Shown here: positions 30,327-40,356 of the stretch, piece by piece
Numbering within the stretch: position 1 is the first letter of the stretch
Layout of the letters: every line of letters begins with the position of its first letter
NCBI GenBank assembly: GCA_947501845.1
Contig: CANMXP010000007.1
Coordinates: forward strand, 151,381-215,380
Origin: an uncultured Flavobacteriaceae bacterium
Lineage (GTDB): Bacteria; Bacteroidota; Bacteroidia; Flavobacteriales; Flavobacteriaceae
Length of the DNA stretch: 64,000 nucleotides
Direction of reading: 5' to 3'
Notes under the pieces: generated by a model
Database searches by the model: none
What the model was told of the DNA's origin: nothing
What the model saw: the letters and a program-made list of their open reading frames with translations, nothing else
Translations under genes and position numbers: made by a program

Positions 30327-33300
30327 ATGATAAGTAATTCCATAAAAGAAAAAACTATGGAACAAACCAATTCAGAGAATAACATACAGTTAGACGGTGG
30401 CACCTATGAGATTATTCAAGGGCGTTTACAAAAACAAAAAAGTGAACTACTTTCAAGATTGTCTCAATTAAACGATGCTCGCAAAAGTGTTTTCGGCAAT
30501 GTTGAAACTAAACTTATTGCCAATAATCGCATCAATACCGAAAACAACTGTATAGCCAGAGATATTGTTACCATTGGAGATAAGTGTTTATTTGGTTATA
30601 ATGTACACTTTGGACTTCGAACAGGTATCACACTTGCAGATGTGTTTAGCATTTACACTTACGATAGTGATCACTTCACCATTCAGCCCTTAGATATACT
30701 AGAAGATGCTATTTTTATAAACGATTTCACCAATCTTTATAAATACTATAGAAATACCATTTTTTCAAAATTTGCCATAGTTGGTAATTATTTGCACATG
30801 GTATTTCAATTAAGCGATAGTATCACAGATATAAAAACATTTAAATGGTTAATTAACGACAATAAACTTGAATATGTAGACAATCGTAGTGAACACGAAT
30901 TTAAATTCCCTAATCAGCATGAATTCAATTGGGTGGAACCTACCAGAGACCATCATGTGTATGGCGAGCACCCTCACATATCTATTCTAGATAAAGTATT
31001 TGTAGAAACTATTGGTGGGGATTTAACTATTAAAATAGAAGATAATACAGAGGATGGTAAAGGTATTTATAGTGAGCCCGTAGAGCATCCAGATCAAACC
31101 TTAGATGACGGACAGTATAAATATGCAGACTTAGGTAATTTAATTACTTTAGAAATAAAGCCTTTTCAGGAAACTCCAAGGTATTTTGTTTATAATCATA
31201 AAATACAAGAGGTAAAAAAAATACCAAGTATTGCCGATGCTTGTGTATTATTACCAGATGATCAAGGTATTATTTTTGCAGATGGCTATTATTTACAATC
31301 TGGAGATTTTAAATTATTTGATAATGGTATTTCCAACGTTAAATTCAAAAAGAAAGTAAGTTCTCCTAACGGTGAAGATTTTCTTTATGTATTTTATGAA
31401 AGTGAAAGAGGCTTGTATGTACTCATGTCTTACAATGTTATAGAACAAGAGGTAAAGACACCTATTATCTGTAACGGGTATACCATTTTAAATGATGGTG
31501 AATTATGTTACTTTAAAACCGAAGACGAACAGACAAAACACCATGTTATTCAAATATGGCAAACCCCATTTTTAAAAGGTGATGTTATTCCTTCAGAACA
31601 TACCGATACGCTTTTATATAAAATAGGAAATAAAGACATCGTAAAGGCCATGGCAGAATGTCAAGCCTTAATTACCTTACTAAATAAAGAAGACAGTTAC
31701 GATGGACTGTATGATGATATTGCTAAATCCTCAAGCGATGTTTTAAATAGTTATTACTGGATAACAGAGCCTGACACTTTTCTGATTAATGAGCCTCTAA
31801 CAGAATTAAACGAGGCCGCTAATGCAGCTATAGATGAATTTGAAAAAGTAGTTCAACTGCGTAAAACTGCTGCAAATATTACCAAAGACACGCAGACCAA
31901 AGCAAATGGTATTTTTGGAAAAATTAAAAGCAGCACTTTTAAGTCTATTGAAGACTTCGTTTTTGTACTATCACAATTAAGAACACTAAGAGGCGAAGTT
32001 ATAGGTTTAAACGATATTCGGTACATAGATACATCATTTATTAGCGGATTAGAAGAAGAGATAGTCCTTCAAAATGATAAAATTTCTGAGCGTTGTGTGC
32101 AATTTTTATTGAACGACAAAGCGCTTATACCTTATCACAACCGTGTTGCTGAAAAAGAAACAGCATTAGACGAGATTAAAAAAGTTATTGACGCTAAAAA
32201 ATTAGAAGAAGATGTCAATCAAATCGCTACCGATTTGGAAATGCTCATAGATATTGTTTCAAACTTAGAAATAGAAGACGCTTCGCATTCTACAAAAATT
32301 ATTGATAACATTTCATTAATTTTTGCCACCATTAATCAACTTAAAGCAGGATTAAAAAACAAATTAAAAGCTTTAGGAGAAAAGGAAGCTTCAGCTGAAT
32401 TTGCTGCGCAGCTAAAATTAGTAGATCAAAGCATTATTAATTATTTAGATATTGCTACCACACCAGAAAAAACAGACGAACTACTAAATAAAGTGTCAGT
32501 ACATTTAGAAGACTTAGAAGGTCGGTTTGCAGATTTTGAAGATTTCATCTCTCAAATTATTGAAAAAAGAGAAGAAGTATATAATGCTTTTGAAACTAGG
32601 AAAAATAGCCTTGTTGAAGCTAGAAATAAAAAAGCGATAACCTTAGAGGCCGCAGCCAACAGAATCTTAAAAGGGGTAACAAAAAAAGCCTTAAGCTTTA
32701 AAACTACGGTTGAGATTAACGGTTATTTTGCTTCTGATTTAATGATTAATAAGCTTCGTGATATTATAACGAGGCTTAAAGATTTAGATGATGCTGGAAA
32801 GGCTGAAGCTATTGAAACAGGACTTAAAGTTGCTAAAGAAGATGCTGTTAGAAAACTAAAAGACACTCAAGATTTATATGAAGATGGCGAAAACATTATT
32901 AAACTAGGCAAACACAAATTTGGAGTTAACAAACAGCCTTTAGACCTTACTATTGTTTATAAAGACGAAACCTTAAAATATCATCTAACAGGTACCGATT
33001 TTTATCAAACTATTGAAGACAAAACGCTAATTACATCTCAAAAATATTGGAATCAAGAATTAATTTCAGAAAATCAACATATATACAGGTCCTCTTATTT
33101 GGCCTATAAAATATTCACAAATGCATCGCTTGATATAAATCAACTTAACGAAACAGAGTTACTCGAGCTTGTAAAAAATGAAAGTAGTAAAAACTATTCT
33201 GAAGGTTATATAAAAGGGGTTCATGATGAAGATGCAACCCAAATTTTAAAGGCTTTAATTAACAAACATCACGATTTGGGGCTATTGCGTTATACACCTA

Positions 33301-35249
33301 TAGTTAGAGCCTACGCACAGTTCTTTTGGAACGCTTTAGACAATGAAACTAAAGCGATCTGGAATCAAAAAATAAAAGCTTCAGGCGAAGTTTTATCAGC
33401 TTTTCCTAACAGTAAAGAATACCAAGTTATTATAGATGCATTAAATCATGAATTAAGCACATGTATATTTCAAAACATCATTTCTAAACATGATGAAGAT
33501 GGCATAGATACGCTTGAATTTGAAACGGCCTCATATTTATTTGATGAGTTACAAAGCGACAACACCTTTTGTATTAGCAAAACGGCTCAAGAATTATTTA
33601 ACAACTTTACAAAGGCTTTAGAAAGCAAAAACGTATTTACAGCTTTTAAAATGTCTCTTAAAACCGCTCTTGGTGATAAAAATATAACTACCGATGCCGT
33701 ACAATTAGCTGTGCAATGGGTGAGTTCTTTTGTAAAATCTCAAGCTCCAGAAAATATAGAATACATTTATGAAGTTGTTGCGCTAATACTATTTAAAAGT
33801 GAGGCCAACTCAAATATCATTCAGGTAAGCCCAACCTTAGTTATCCAAAATTTAAAAGGAAGTCACACTTCAATTAACGAGGGGAATTTTGAGTTCAATT
33901 ATCATCATTTTATAAATCAGCTACAACACTTCTATACCATTGAAGTACCCGCATTTAACGAGTATCGTGAAGCTAAACATTCTGTAACCGAAGCCCTGAA
34001 GGAACAACTAAAACTTGAAGAGTTTAAACCAAGAGTGTTATCATCTTTTGTAAGAAACAAACTTATAGACAAAGTCTATTTGCCATTATTTGGAGATAAT
34101 TTATCCAAACAATTAGGAAGTATAGGCGATAACAAACGTACCGACCGTATGGGGATGCTATTACTTATATCACCTCCTGGTTATGGTAAAACCACTCTAA
34201 TGGAATACATGGCAAATCGTTTAGGACTTATATTTATGAAAATAAATGGTCCAGCCATAGGTCATGAAGTCACTTCTGTAGATCCATTAACAGCAAATAA
34301 CTCTGCAGCTCGAGAAGAACTGAACAAGCTTAATTTAGCTTTTGAAATGGGTAATAACGTCATGCTGTATTTGGACGATATACAACATTGTAACCCAGAG
34401 TTTTTACAAAAATTTATATCGCTTGCTGATGGCACTCGTAAAATAGAAGGTGTTTATAATGGTAAACCTAAAACTTACGATTTGCGCAGCAAAAAGTTTT
34501 GTGTAATAATGGCAGGTAATCCATATACCGAAAGTGGGGAGAAATTTCAAATACCAGATATGTTAGCTAACCGTGCTGATATTTATAATTTAGGTGATAT
34601 TATTGGAGATACTGCAGATTTATTTAAGCTTAGCTTAATTGAAAATGCATTAACCTCAAACCCTATTCTACACCAATTAAGCAGTAAATATTTTGAAGAC
34701 ATCTATGAATTAATAGAAGTTGTAGAATCTGGAAATCGAGACAACTTAGCACTTAAAGGCAACCATACAAAACAAGAAATTCAAGATTATTTAGCAGTAT
34801 TAGACAAGGTTGTTACCATTCGTAATACCGTATTAAAGGTAAACGAAACCTATATTAAATCGGCTGCAATGGATGACAATTATCGTATTGAACCTTCTTT
34901 TAAACTACAGGGGTCTTATCGTGATATGAACAAATTGGTAGCCAAGGTAGTTCCCATTATGAACAATAAAGAACTACAAACTCTTTTATTGTCGCATTAT
35001 GAAAATGAATCGCAAACACTCACAAGTGCTGCCGAGGCCAATTTATTAAAATACAAAGAGCTTACACATACTATCGATGAAACCGAAACTGAGCGCTGGA
35101 AAACCATTAAAGATACGTTTGTAAAAAACAATAAGTTAAAAGGTTTCGGCGATCAAAATGAAATGACACAAGTGCTTGCACAAATGATGCAATTTAGCGA
35201 ACATTTAGAAGGCATACAGAATGTACTAAAGAGTGGTTTGGATAGGTAA
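30327..35249 (+). CDS. Very large (1640 aa) protein with C-terminal AAA+ ATPase (AAA_5/MoxR-dynein-like) domain
   Basis: Walker A LLISPPGYGKTTLMEY. Walker B-like VMLYLDDIQHCN. Arginine-finger region NRADIYNLGDI. Long coiled-coil/alpha-helical N-terminal two thirds without recognisable motifs. The true start may be the Met at 30357 (MEQTNSENN). Confidence 0.6.
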   Translation: MISNSIKEKTMEQTNSENNIQLDGGTYEIIQGRLQKQKSELLSRLSQLNDARKSVFGNVETKLIANNRINTENNCIARDIVTIGDKCLFGYNVHFGLRTGITLADVFSIYTYDSDHFTIQPLDILEDAIFINDFTNLYKYYRNTIFSKFAIVGNYLHMVFQLSDSITDIKTFKWLINDNKLEYVDNRSEHEFKFPNQHEFNWVEPTRDHHVYGEHPHISILDKVFVETIGGDLTIKIEDNTEDGKGIYSEPVEHPDQTLDDGQYKYADLGNLITLEIKPFQETPRYFVYNHKIQEVKKIPSIADACVLLPDDQGIIFADGYYLQSGDFKLFDNGISNVKFKKKVSSPNGEDFLYVFYESERGLYVLMSYNVIEQEVKTPIICNGYTILNDGELCYFKTEDEQTKHHVIQIWQTPFLKGDVIPSEHTDTLLYKIGNKDIVKAMAECQALITLLNKEDSYDGLYDDIAKSSSDVLNSYYWITEPDTFLINEPLTELNEAANAAIDEFEKVVQLRKTAANITKDTQTKANGIFGKIKSSTFKSIEDFVFVLSQLRTLRGEVIGLNDIRYIDTSFISGLEEEIVLQNDKISERCVQFLLNDKALIPYHNRVAEKETALDEIKKVIDAKKLEEDVNQIATDLEMLIDIVSNLEIEDASHSTKIIDNISLIFATINQLKAGLKNKLKALGEKEASAEFAAQLKLVDQSIINYLDIATTPEKTDELLNKVSVHLEDLEGRFADFEDFISQIIEKREEVYNAFETRKNSLVEARNKKAITLEAAANRILKGVTKKALSFKTTVEINGYFASDLMINKLRDIITRLKDLDDAGKAEAIETGLKVAKEDAVRKLKDTQDLYEDGENIIKLGKHKFGVNKQPLDLTIVYKDETLKYHLTGTDFYQTIEDKTLITSQKYWNQELISENQHIYRSSYLAYKIFTNASLDINQLNETELLELVKNESSKNYSEGYIKGVHDEDATQILKALINKHHDLGLLRYTPIVRAYAQFFWNALDNETKAIWNQKIKASGEVLSAFPNSKEYQVIIDALNHELSTCIFQNIISKHDEDGIDTLEFETASYLFDELQSDNTFCISKTAQELFNNFTKALESKNVFTAFKMSLKTALGDKNITTDAVQLAVQWVSSFVKSQAPENIEYIYEVVALILFKSEANSNIIQVSPTLVIQNLKGSHTSINEGNFEFNYHHFINQLQHFYTIEVPAFNEYREAKHSVTEALKEQLKLEEFKPRVLSSFVRNKLIDKVYLPLFGDNLSKQLGSIGDNKRTDRMGMLLLISPPGYGKTTLMEYMANRLGLIFMKINGPAIGHEVTSVDPLTANNSAAREELNKLNLAFEMGNNVMLYLDDIQHCNPEFLQKFISLADGTRKIEGVYNGKPKTYDLRSKKFCVIMAGNPYTESGEKFQIPDMLANRADIYNLGDIIGDTADLFKLSLIENALTSNPILHQLSSKYFEDIYELIEVVESGNRDNLALKGNHTKQEIQDYLAVLDKVVTIRNTVLKVNETYIKSAAMDDNYRIEPSFKLQGSYRDMNKLVAKVVPIMNNKELQTLLLSHYENESQTLTSAAEANLLKYKELTHTIDETETERWKTIKDTFVKNNKLKGFGDQNEMTQVLAQMMQFSEHLEGIQNVLKSGLDR

Positions 35250-35295
35250 AGAGAAAACTTTTACGTCTCTCTTCTAATTAGTAACACATTCATTA

Positions 35296-36357
35296 TCAAC
35301 ATATTTGACTGTAAAATAGACTTCTTAATTCCACAAGAAGTCTATTTATCTTTTCAAGATCAGGTCTGTTTTGTAAACTAGAATCAGCATACCGTTTTAC
35401 TAACTCTTTTTTCCGCTCTTCAGCCCAAAACACCAACTCATCATATTCATATTTACCTTGCTTGACATCTAGCAGAAAAGCTCTATCAGGACGCATAACA
35501 TGAATAATCTTTTCGAAGGCAATTTCCTTAGCCATATGCAATAGTCTAAACGTATGCATCATATTTTTAGAATCGTAATTTTTACCGTGAGACACAGTTG
35601 TTTTATAACGTTCTTCATTGCGCTTGCCTACCCAATCCCAATATTCTTTATACTTTTTACAATATGTTGAATATCCATCTTTGTTAAAGAAAAGCATTCC
35701 TATTGCTATTTCTCCTTTAGGAATAGAACTTAGTGCAATATCATTGGCTATTTCACTTTTTATAATGCCTTTATAAGGAATCTCTAAGCTATGATATAGA
35801 TTATTGCAATCTTTAAGATGTGAAATATTTGCTATACCGCAATTTTCTTGTTTTATCTTTTTAGCATCTAAAAATGTTTTTAAAGACATTGTTTTGCCTT
35901 TTTCATATACCAAACAAAAATCTAAAACCGACTTACGTTCTTTTTCAACAGGATTCACAATTTTCTTTTCCAAACCTCTTGCTTTTTTAATTTGAGCATA
36001 GGCATAGTTAGCAAATGACTTTTCACATTGTTTAGACAAAAAATACTCGAGCTTTATCTCATCAAATATAGGATGCTTGTAAAGCACACATTCTTCAGGT
36101 ACATTTAATAACTCTAGGATATTAGGGTTGTTTTTTGAGCAGAGTTCTATAAATTTTCGTAGCTCATAATAGACAATATCATTCGTTTCATTGTTTATTT
36201 GACCAATATAATCAAGCGAATAAAAGCTTTCTTTAGGAAGAACGAACACACCTCTTATATCAGTATCTGATGTAGGTGTGTCCAATCCATAAGCTCTACT
36301 CCCACTTATACATTCAAAAATGATATGCCCCGAAGCTTTTAATTCTTCTAGTGTCAT
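35296..36357 (-). CDS. Pol-beta-superfamily nucleotidyltransferase (RlaP-like, 'RNA-ligase-associated' NTase family)
   Basis: GSRAYGLDTPTSDTDIRGVF (GS…D.D NTase motif). 353 aa. Confidence 0.65.
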   Translation of the reverse strand: MTLEELKASGHIIFECISGSRAYGLDTPTSDTDIRGVFVLPKESFYSLDYIGQINNETNDIVYYELRKFIELCSKNNPNILELLNVPEECVLYKHPIFDEIKLEYFLSKQCEKSFANYAYAQIKKARGLEKKIVNPVEKERKSVLDFCLVYEKGKTMSLKTFLDAKKIKQENCGIANISHLKDCNNLYHSLEIPYKGIIKSEIANDIALSSIPKGEIAIGMLFFNKDGYSTYCKKYKEYWDWVGKRNEERYKTTVSHGKNYDSKNMMHTFRLLHMAKEIAFEKIIHVMRPDRAFLLDVKQGKYEYDELVFWAEERKKELVKRYADSSLQNRPDLEKINRLLVELRSLFYSQIC

Positions 36358-37103
36358 TATATTATCGTTTTTAAAAACAACTCGTTAAAGTCATCTGGAT
36401 TAGATTTTTTATTAACTAATTTATTTTTAATTCTATTGTTTTCGTTTACTATATCTCTTACTAAATGTATTAAATCCACTTCTACAGGATCATTACTTTT
36501 CTCTATACGCTCACTCTTTAACGCAATAAGTGCATCTAATTTGGAATGATAACTTGTATCTATTAATGAATACATCTCTCTAAACAACACTGGTGGAATA
36601 GTTTCATTTTTATAAATCCAGTTTGCACAAAGTGCTGTGCGTATTGCATAGAAGAAACTTTTTAATGTCATCTTCTCTGAACCTAATGTCTCTTCAAAAT
36701 TTTTATTCATACTATGAAAATGATAAAACCCAGAAACTGGATTAAAGTTAGCATTGGCTACTTTCTTTATCTCATTTAAGAAATCATTATTTGCACGATA
36801 TACAATTGGTGAAAATAACCATCCTGTAAAAGATGCATTTGACTTTGCTAATAATCGTAATGCCTTTCGGATATCCCAACCAGAACCATCCAAATCATCT
36901 TCCGTCATAAACTGTATCGTATCTGCTTGTTCCCAAAGGTTTAAATACCAATCTTTAGAATGTTTGTACACAAAGCGTATATCATAATCAGAATCTGGAG
37001 ACGCAAAGCCCCAGGCTCTACTTCCCGATTCTACTGCGAACAAGATTTCTATATTTTTATCCTGTTCTATTTGTCTTAATTTGTCTAATATTTTCGCTTT
37101 CAT
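36357..37103 (-). CDS. Pol-beta-superfamily nucleotidyltransferase (RlaP-like), paralogue of the downstream gene
   Basis: GSRAWGFASPDSDYDIRFVY. 248 aa. 1-nt overlap with the next NTase gene. Confidence 0.65.
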   Translation of the reverse strand: MKAKILDKLRQIEQDKNIEILFAVESGSRAWGFASPDSDYDIRFVYKHSKDWYLNLWEQADTIQFMTEDDLDGSGWDIRKALRLLAKSNASFTGWLFSPIVYRANNDFLNEIKKVANANFNPVSGFYHFHSMNKNFEETLGSEKMTLKSFFYAIRTALCANWIYKNETIPPVLFREMYSLIDTSYHSKLDALIALKSERIEKSNDPVEVDLIHLVRDIVNENNRIKNKLVNKKSNPDDFNELFLKTII

Positions 37104-37139
37104 AATTTTACTAATTTATACTTCAAAAGTAAAATCATG

Positions 37140-37160
37140 GTACGCAGTTATTCTGCGTAG
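37140..37160. promoter_or_regulatory. Palindrome gtacgcag-ttatt-ctgcgtag upstream of the NTase operon. Divergent relative of the ...ttttgcgtagt... element seen at 40301, 44511, 49358
   Basis: Read directly. Confidence 0.35.
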
Positions 37161-37241
37161 TGAATATTATTTGTTATATTACCTTTAAATACGCTCCTTA
37201 ATAAAACAAAAATGCGTCAACCTAAATCAACGCATTTCCTA

Positions 37242-38342
37242 TTACTTATTCACTGAGAAAATGTCCTTTAACTGCTCAATAACGTTACCGTTACCAGCAA
37301 CAGTAATCTCACCAATTTTATCAGCAATTTTCTCTACGTATTCCATCTCTTTTAATTTAAACAACATACTGTTGTCTTCCATTAATTTTGCAGTATTTAA
37401 CAAGCTTCGTGTAGACGCAGTTTCTTCTCGTCTTGTTACCACATTTGCTTGCGCTTTTTTGTGAGCAATCAATACTTGGTTCATGATATCTTTCATATCA
37501 CCTGGTAAGATCACATCTCTAATACCAGTATGTAATACGTTTACACCCAATTTACCAGCTTGTGCTTTTACATCGTTTAAAACAGCTTGAGCAATAGTTT
37601 CTTTTTGCTCTAACAATTCATCTAATGTATAAGTACCAACAAAGGCTCTCAATGCTAATTGTAAGACAATATATAATTGCTTTTCGTAATCTTTATTGTG
37701 CATTAATGCAGTCTCAATGTTTGCGACTTTATATTGCGCATAAAAGTTAATACGAACTGTTGCCTTATCTTTAGTTAACAATTCTTGACCAGCAACTTCT
37801 AATTGTAACTGACGTAAATCGGCTTTTGCTATTTTAATCGTTTGGTCATTTCTCCAGAAGTGGTATGTACCATGTTCTAAAGTTTTTACAAACTTATCGT
37901 TTACAATCATAACCGCTTTTTCGTAAGCAGCTACTTCAAATACTCTGATGTATCTGCTTAATTCTGGCTTATTGTAGATTGCTTTTTCGATAGCTTCTGT
38001 AATCTCGATTTTGCTTAAATCTGCAGTTACAAATTTATAGTCAATCAAGCTATTCCAGTACGTGTAACGTCCTGCAGCTAATACCTGCTTAAAGTTACCG
38101 TTTTCGTATACCAAAACAATCTCATTATCCTTAACCTCAACTACGGTTAACATATCTGCCAAAGCTTGATCTTTAAGTAAGATCTCTAATGCTTTTGGCG
38201 CGTTAAATGGCTGAGACAAGCTATATTTTACAACTTTCGCTCTAAAGCCTATCCAATGCTTACCCTCGGTAATAACACGTGTGTAATTACCATTTTTAAA
38301 CACTAAACCTACCATACCTGCATGAATTCTTACTCTTTTCAT
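37242..38342 (-). CDS. SPFH/band-7 (stomatin/prohibitin-like) protein
   Basis: 366 aa. SPFH core (…ATVRINFYAQYKV…DELLEQKETIAQAV…) plus C-terminal coiled-coil (…HKKAQANVVTRREETASTRSLLNTAKLMEDN…). Confidence 0.75.
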   Translation of the reverse strand: MKRVRIHAGMVGLVFKNGNYTRVITEGKHWIGFRAKVVKYSLSQPFNAPKALEILLKDQALADMLTVVEVKDNEIVLVYENGNFKQVLAAGRYTYWNSLIDYKFVTADLSKIEITEAIEKAIYNKPELSRYIRVFEVAAYEKAVMIVNDKFVKTLEHGTYHFWRNDQTIKIAKADLRQLQLEVAGQELLTKDKATVRINFYAQYKVANIETALMHNKDYEKQLYIVLQLALRAFVGTYTLDELLEQKETIAQAVLNDVKAQAGKLGVNVLHTGIRDVILPGDMKDIMNQVLIAHKKAQANVVTRREETASTRSLLNTAKLMEDNSMLFKLKEMEYVEKIADKIGEITVAGNGNVIEQLKDIFSVNK

Positions 38343-38740
38343 GATTTCTAATTTTTTTGTTCTGATGTTTTTGTTTTTTTGTCAGAACGGTTAAACATTT
38401 ATAATAGAACCTCTTATTTAAAGGTAGCTATTCATTTGTAAAACAAAGCGAAGGAAAACCATCTTTCTAACTACGGAAACACAACCAATTTAAAGTGTTT
38501 TTAAGTATTGTTTCTTAGAAGATTAATCAATTAAGACATGCAAAAATTCACAATATCTTTTTTTGAAAAATGAGTCTTTAAAAGAACACTCAAAACATCT
38601 AAAAATGCGAGTGCATTTCAAGGTGTTGCCTGGACTGCTTAAACAACAAGTTGTTTTCGCGAGCTTTAATTCACTTTGTTTTTGTCGTTTAGAGTGAGAC
38701 ACACTTGAGACCTATTTTTAAAAGTTGGCCTTCTTTTCTA

Positions 38741-38805
38741 AAAATGGATAAAAGTCCACATCCTACATTATGAGTGTAGTGCTCTACCTACTGAGCTATG
38801 TAACC
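38741..38805 (-). ncRNA. tRNA-like element: intact tRNA-Met(CAU)-type 5' two-thirds (acceptor 5' strand, D-arm, anticodon arm CUACA-CUCAUAA-UGUAG) but degenerate T-arm and no matching acceptor 3' strand
   Basis: Reverse complement reads GGTTACATAGCTCAGTAGGTAGAGCACTACACTCATAATGTAGGATGTGGAC... Confidence 0.35.
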
Positions 38806-38810
38806 TAAAA

Positions 38811-38877
38811 TGGTGGTCACAACAGGATTCGAACCTGTGCAAAAATCTATTGCTCTAACCGCTGAGCTACTTCCCCA
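38811..38877 (-). ncRNA. tRNA-like element lacking an anticodon arm: acceptor-5'/D-arm (GGGGAAGTAGCTCAGCGGTTAGAGC) joined by 14 nt to a T-arm (CAGGTTCGAATCCTG), ending in genomically encoded ACCA. Candidate tRNA mimic (Y-RNA/YrlA-like)
   Basis: Reverse complement of 38811-38877. The complementary CTTCCCC lies 20 nt upstream in the transcript (38894-38900), adjacent to another T-arm. Confidence 0.35.
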
Positions 38878-40300
38878 TGTTTTCCGATATAATTAGAGGG
38901 GAAGATGGGAGTCGAACCCATGACACATAGATGTCGGTTATTGTTTAACCAAATAACCAGTTGGTACCAAGCCAAGTTGAACATAAAAACCTCATACGAA
39001 ACCGTAAGGATTTATACAATAGTGCTATATCGAAACACGTAACAAGACTTACTTGATATTTTTTCTGTAAAAACAGATATTTTGTACCTCTTACCAGATT
39101 CGAACTGGCACTTTCAGATTCCTCTGAACAGATAGGCTCTAAATGCGCTTCCCTACTTTACATCCTGCGTATTTCGGTGCTTCTGCAAAACCTAGTCATT
39201 GGCGGGCGCACCACCAACCACATCATCCTATCACTCCACGGTTACGTTAATCTTTTTCCGCAGCTCTTCCCTTTAAGCTAAAGAGGTATTTTATATTTAA
39301 AAAAAGCGTTCTGAGAATACCTTCGCTTATAGACAAGCTTTCCTAGTATTATAGCCGTAGCCTTTCTCTAGTTTTCCACATACTTCTCATTGCTTAGAGA
39401 AATATGTACTTGTCTGATGCCTAATTACATTACAGCTGTTCAGCGACTTAGACTTGGCTTGCATAGTGGTTATTTACCACGCTTTGCAACTACAAGGGTT
39501 GGCTCCCTCACCATTAGTAGGCGTCCTCTATTTGAGGCGGCCTATTAGAATGTTCACTACACAGTAAAGGCTTGCGACCTCTACCGTCCCATATATTGCA
39601 ATGGGTTTAGGCAACTACTAGCTGCTGTAATGTTCGAAGTCTTTTGCGATTTGCTCACCGACTGAGCTATCCTTAAATTGGTTTATAGGATGGGACTTGA
39701 ACCCAAATAGTTTTTCGACCTAGGAAAAGGGCTTCGAAAATGGCTTCGTAGATTTTTGCCCACAAAATACCAACCTTTTCCTTGTGTGCCTCCCAACACA
39801 CGACATTTTAAGTTACCGAACAATTTCTCATCGGGTCACTCTAATATTGCAATACGCTCCGCTAGGCTGGATAACCTAAACGTAACCCATTACTACAACT
39901 TTCCCTGTTGATGTCTCCATCGCAAGCCTAATTCCTGTTGGCTATAAGCTCTTATTTACTTTAGCGGTTGCCCCTAGCAAATAATAACTTATGTGAGTTG
40001 CTTGCTTACCTGTACTGCCTTCTAATGAAAGTAGTCTCCACTTGCTGTGTCCGCAAATAGATTTATCCTTGTTGCCAAGTTTATCTAAGGACGATAAGCC
40101 GCCCCATCACTCAATAACCGAGATTAAAGAATGATGATTTTTTATACTAATGAAACTAATATTTAGCTTCAATTTATGTCAATGAACATTTTTTATTAAG
40201 CTCTGCCAGTTTCTAACGTCTGGCAGAGCGCTACTTTTAAAAAGTCTAATTCCAAAAGACTTTTTAGATTCCCAATTTCTCGGGAATGACAGCTACCTGT

Positions 40301-40356
40301 CAATTACTCTGCAAATATTTTGTGATATTGCGCAATGATTTTGCGTAGTTAAAAAT
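40301..40356. promoter_or_regulatory. Copy of a shared ~55-bp cis-element (ctctgcaaatatttt-N5-attgcgcaat-N-attttgcgtagtt-aaaa) immediately upstream (minus orientation) of the ncRNA region
   Basis: Near-identical copy at 44511-44565. Related copy at 49358-49415. Confidence 0.5.

Larger units (their letters stand above)
38343..40355 (-). other. ~2.0-kb region without ORFs >=60 aa. Contains at least four additional T-arm-like motifs (GGATTCGAACC-type at ~38826, 38905, 39097, 39689), D-arm-like blocks (e.g. GGATAGCTCAGTCGGTGAGCA at ~39650) and several hairpins. Probable cluster of structured ncRNAs
   Basis: Manual scan of both strands. All tRNA-like pieces are in minus orientation, the same as the flanking RNA-repair genes. 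Confidence 0.4.

Noticed and set aside
38811-38877. Possibility that the CCA-ending tRNA-like element is a genuine tRNA or tmRNA 3' domain
   Set aside because: No anticodon arm. The acceptor strands are not complementary within the element. No tmRNA tag-reading-frame or 5' pairing partner seen. Kept only as a tRNA-mimic candidate
38343-40355. RNase P RNA, tmRNA or rRNA fragment as explanation of the 2-kb non-coding block
   Set aside because: Could not find the universally conserved RNase P P4 / GGUGAAA-type blocks, a tmRNA tag ORF, or rRNA-like conserved segments on either strand. Needs a covariance-model scan to exclude fully
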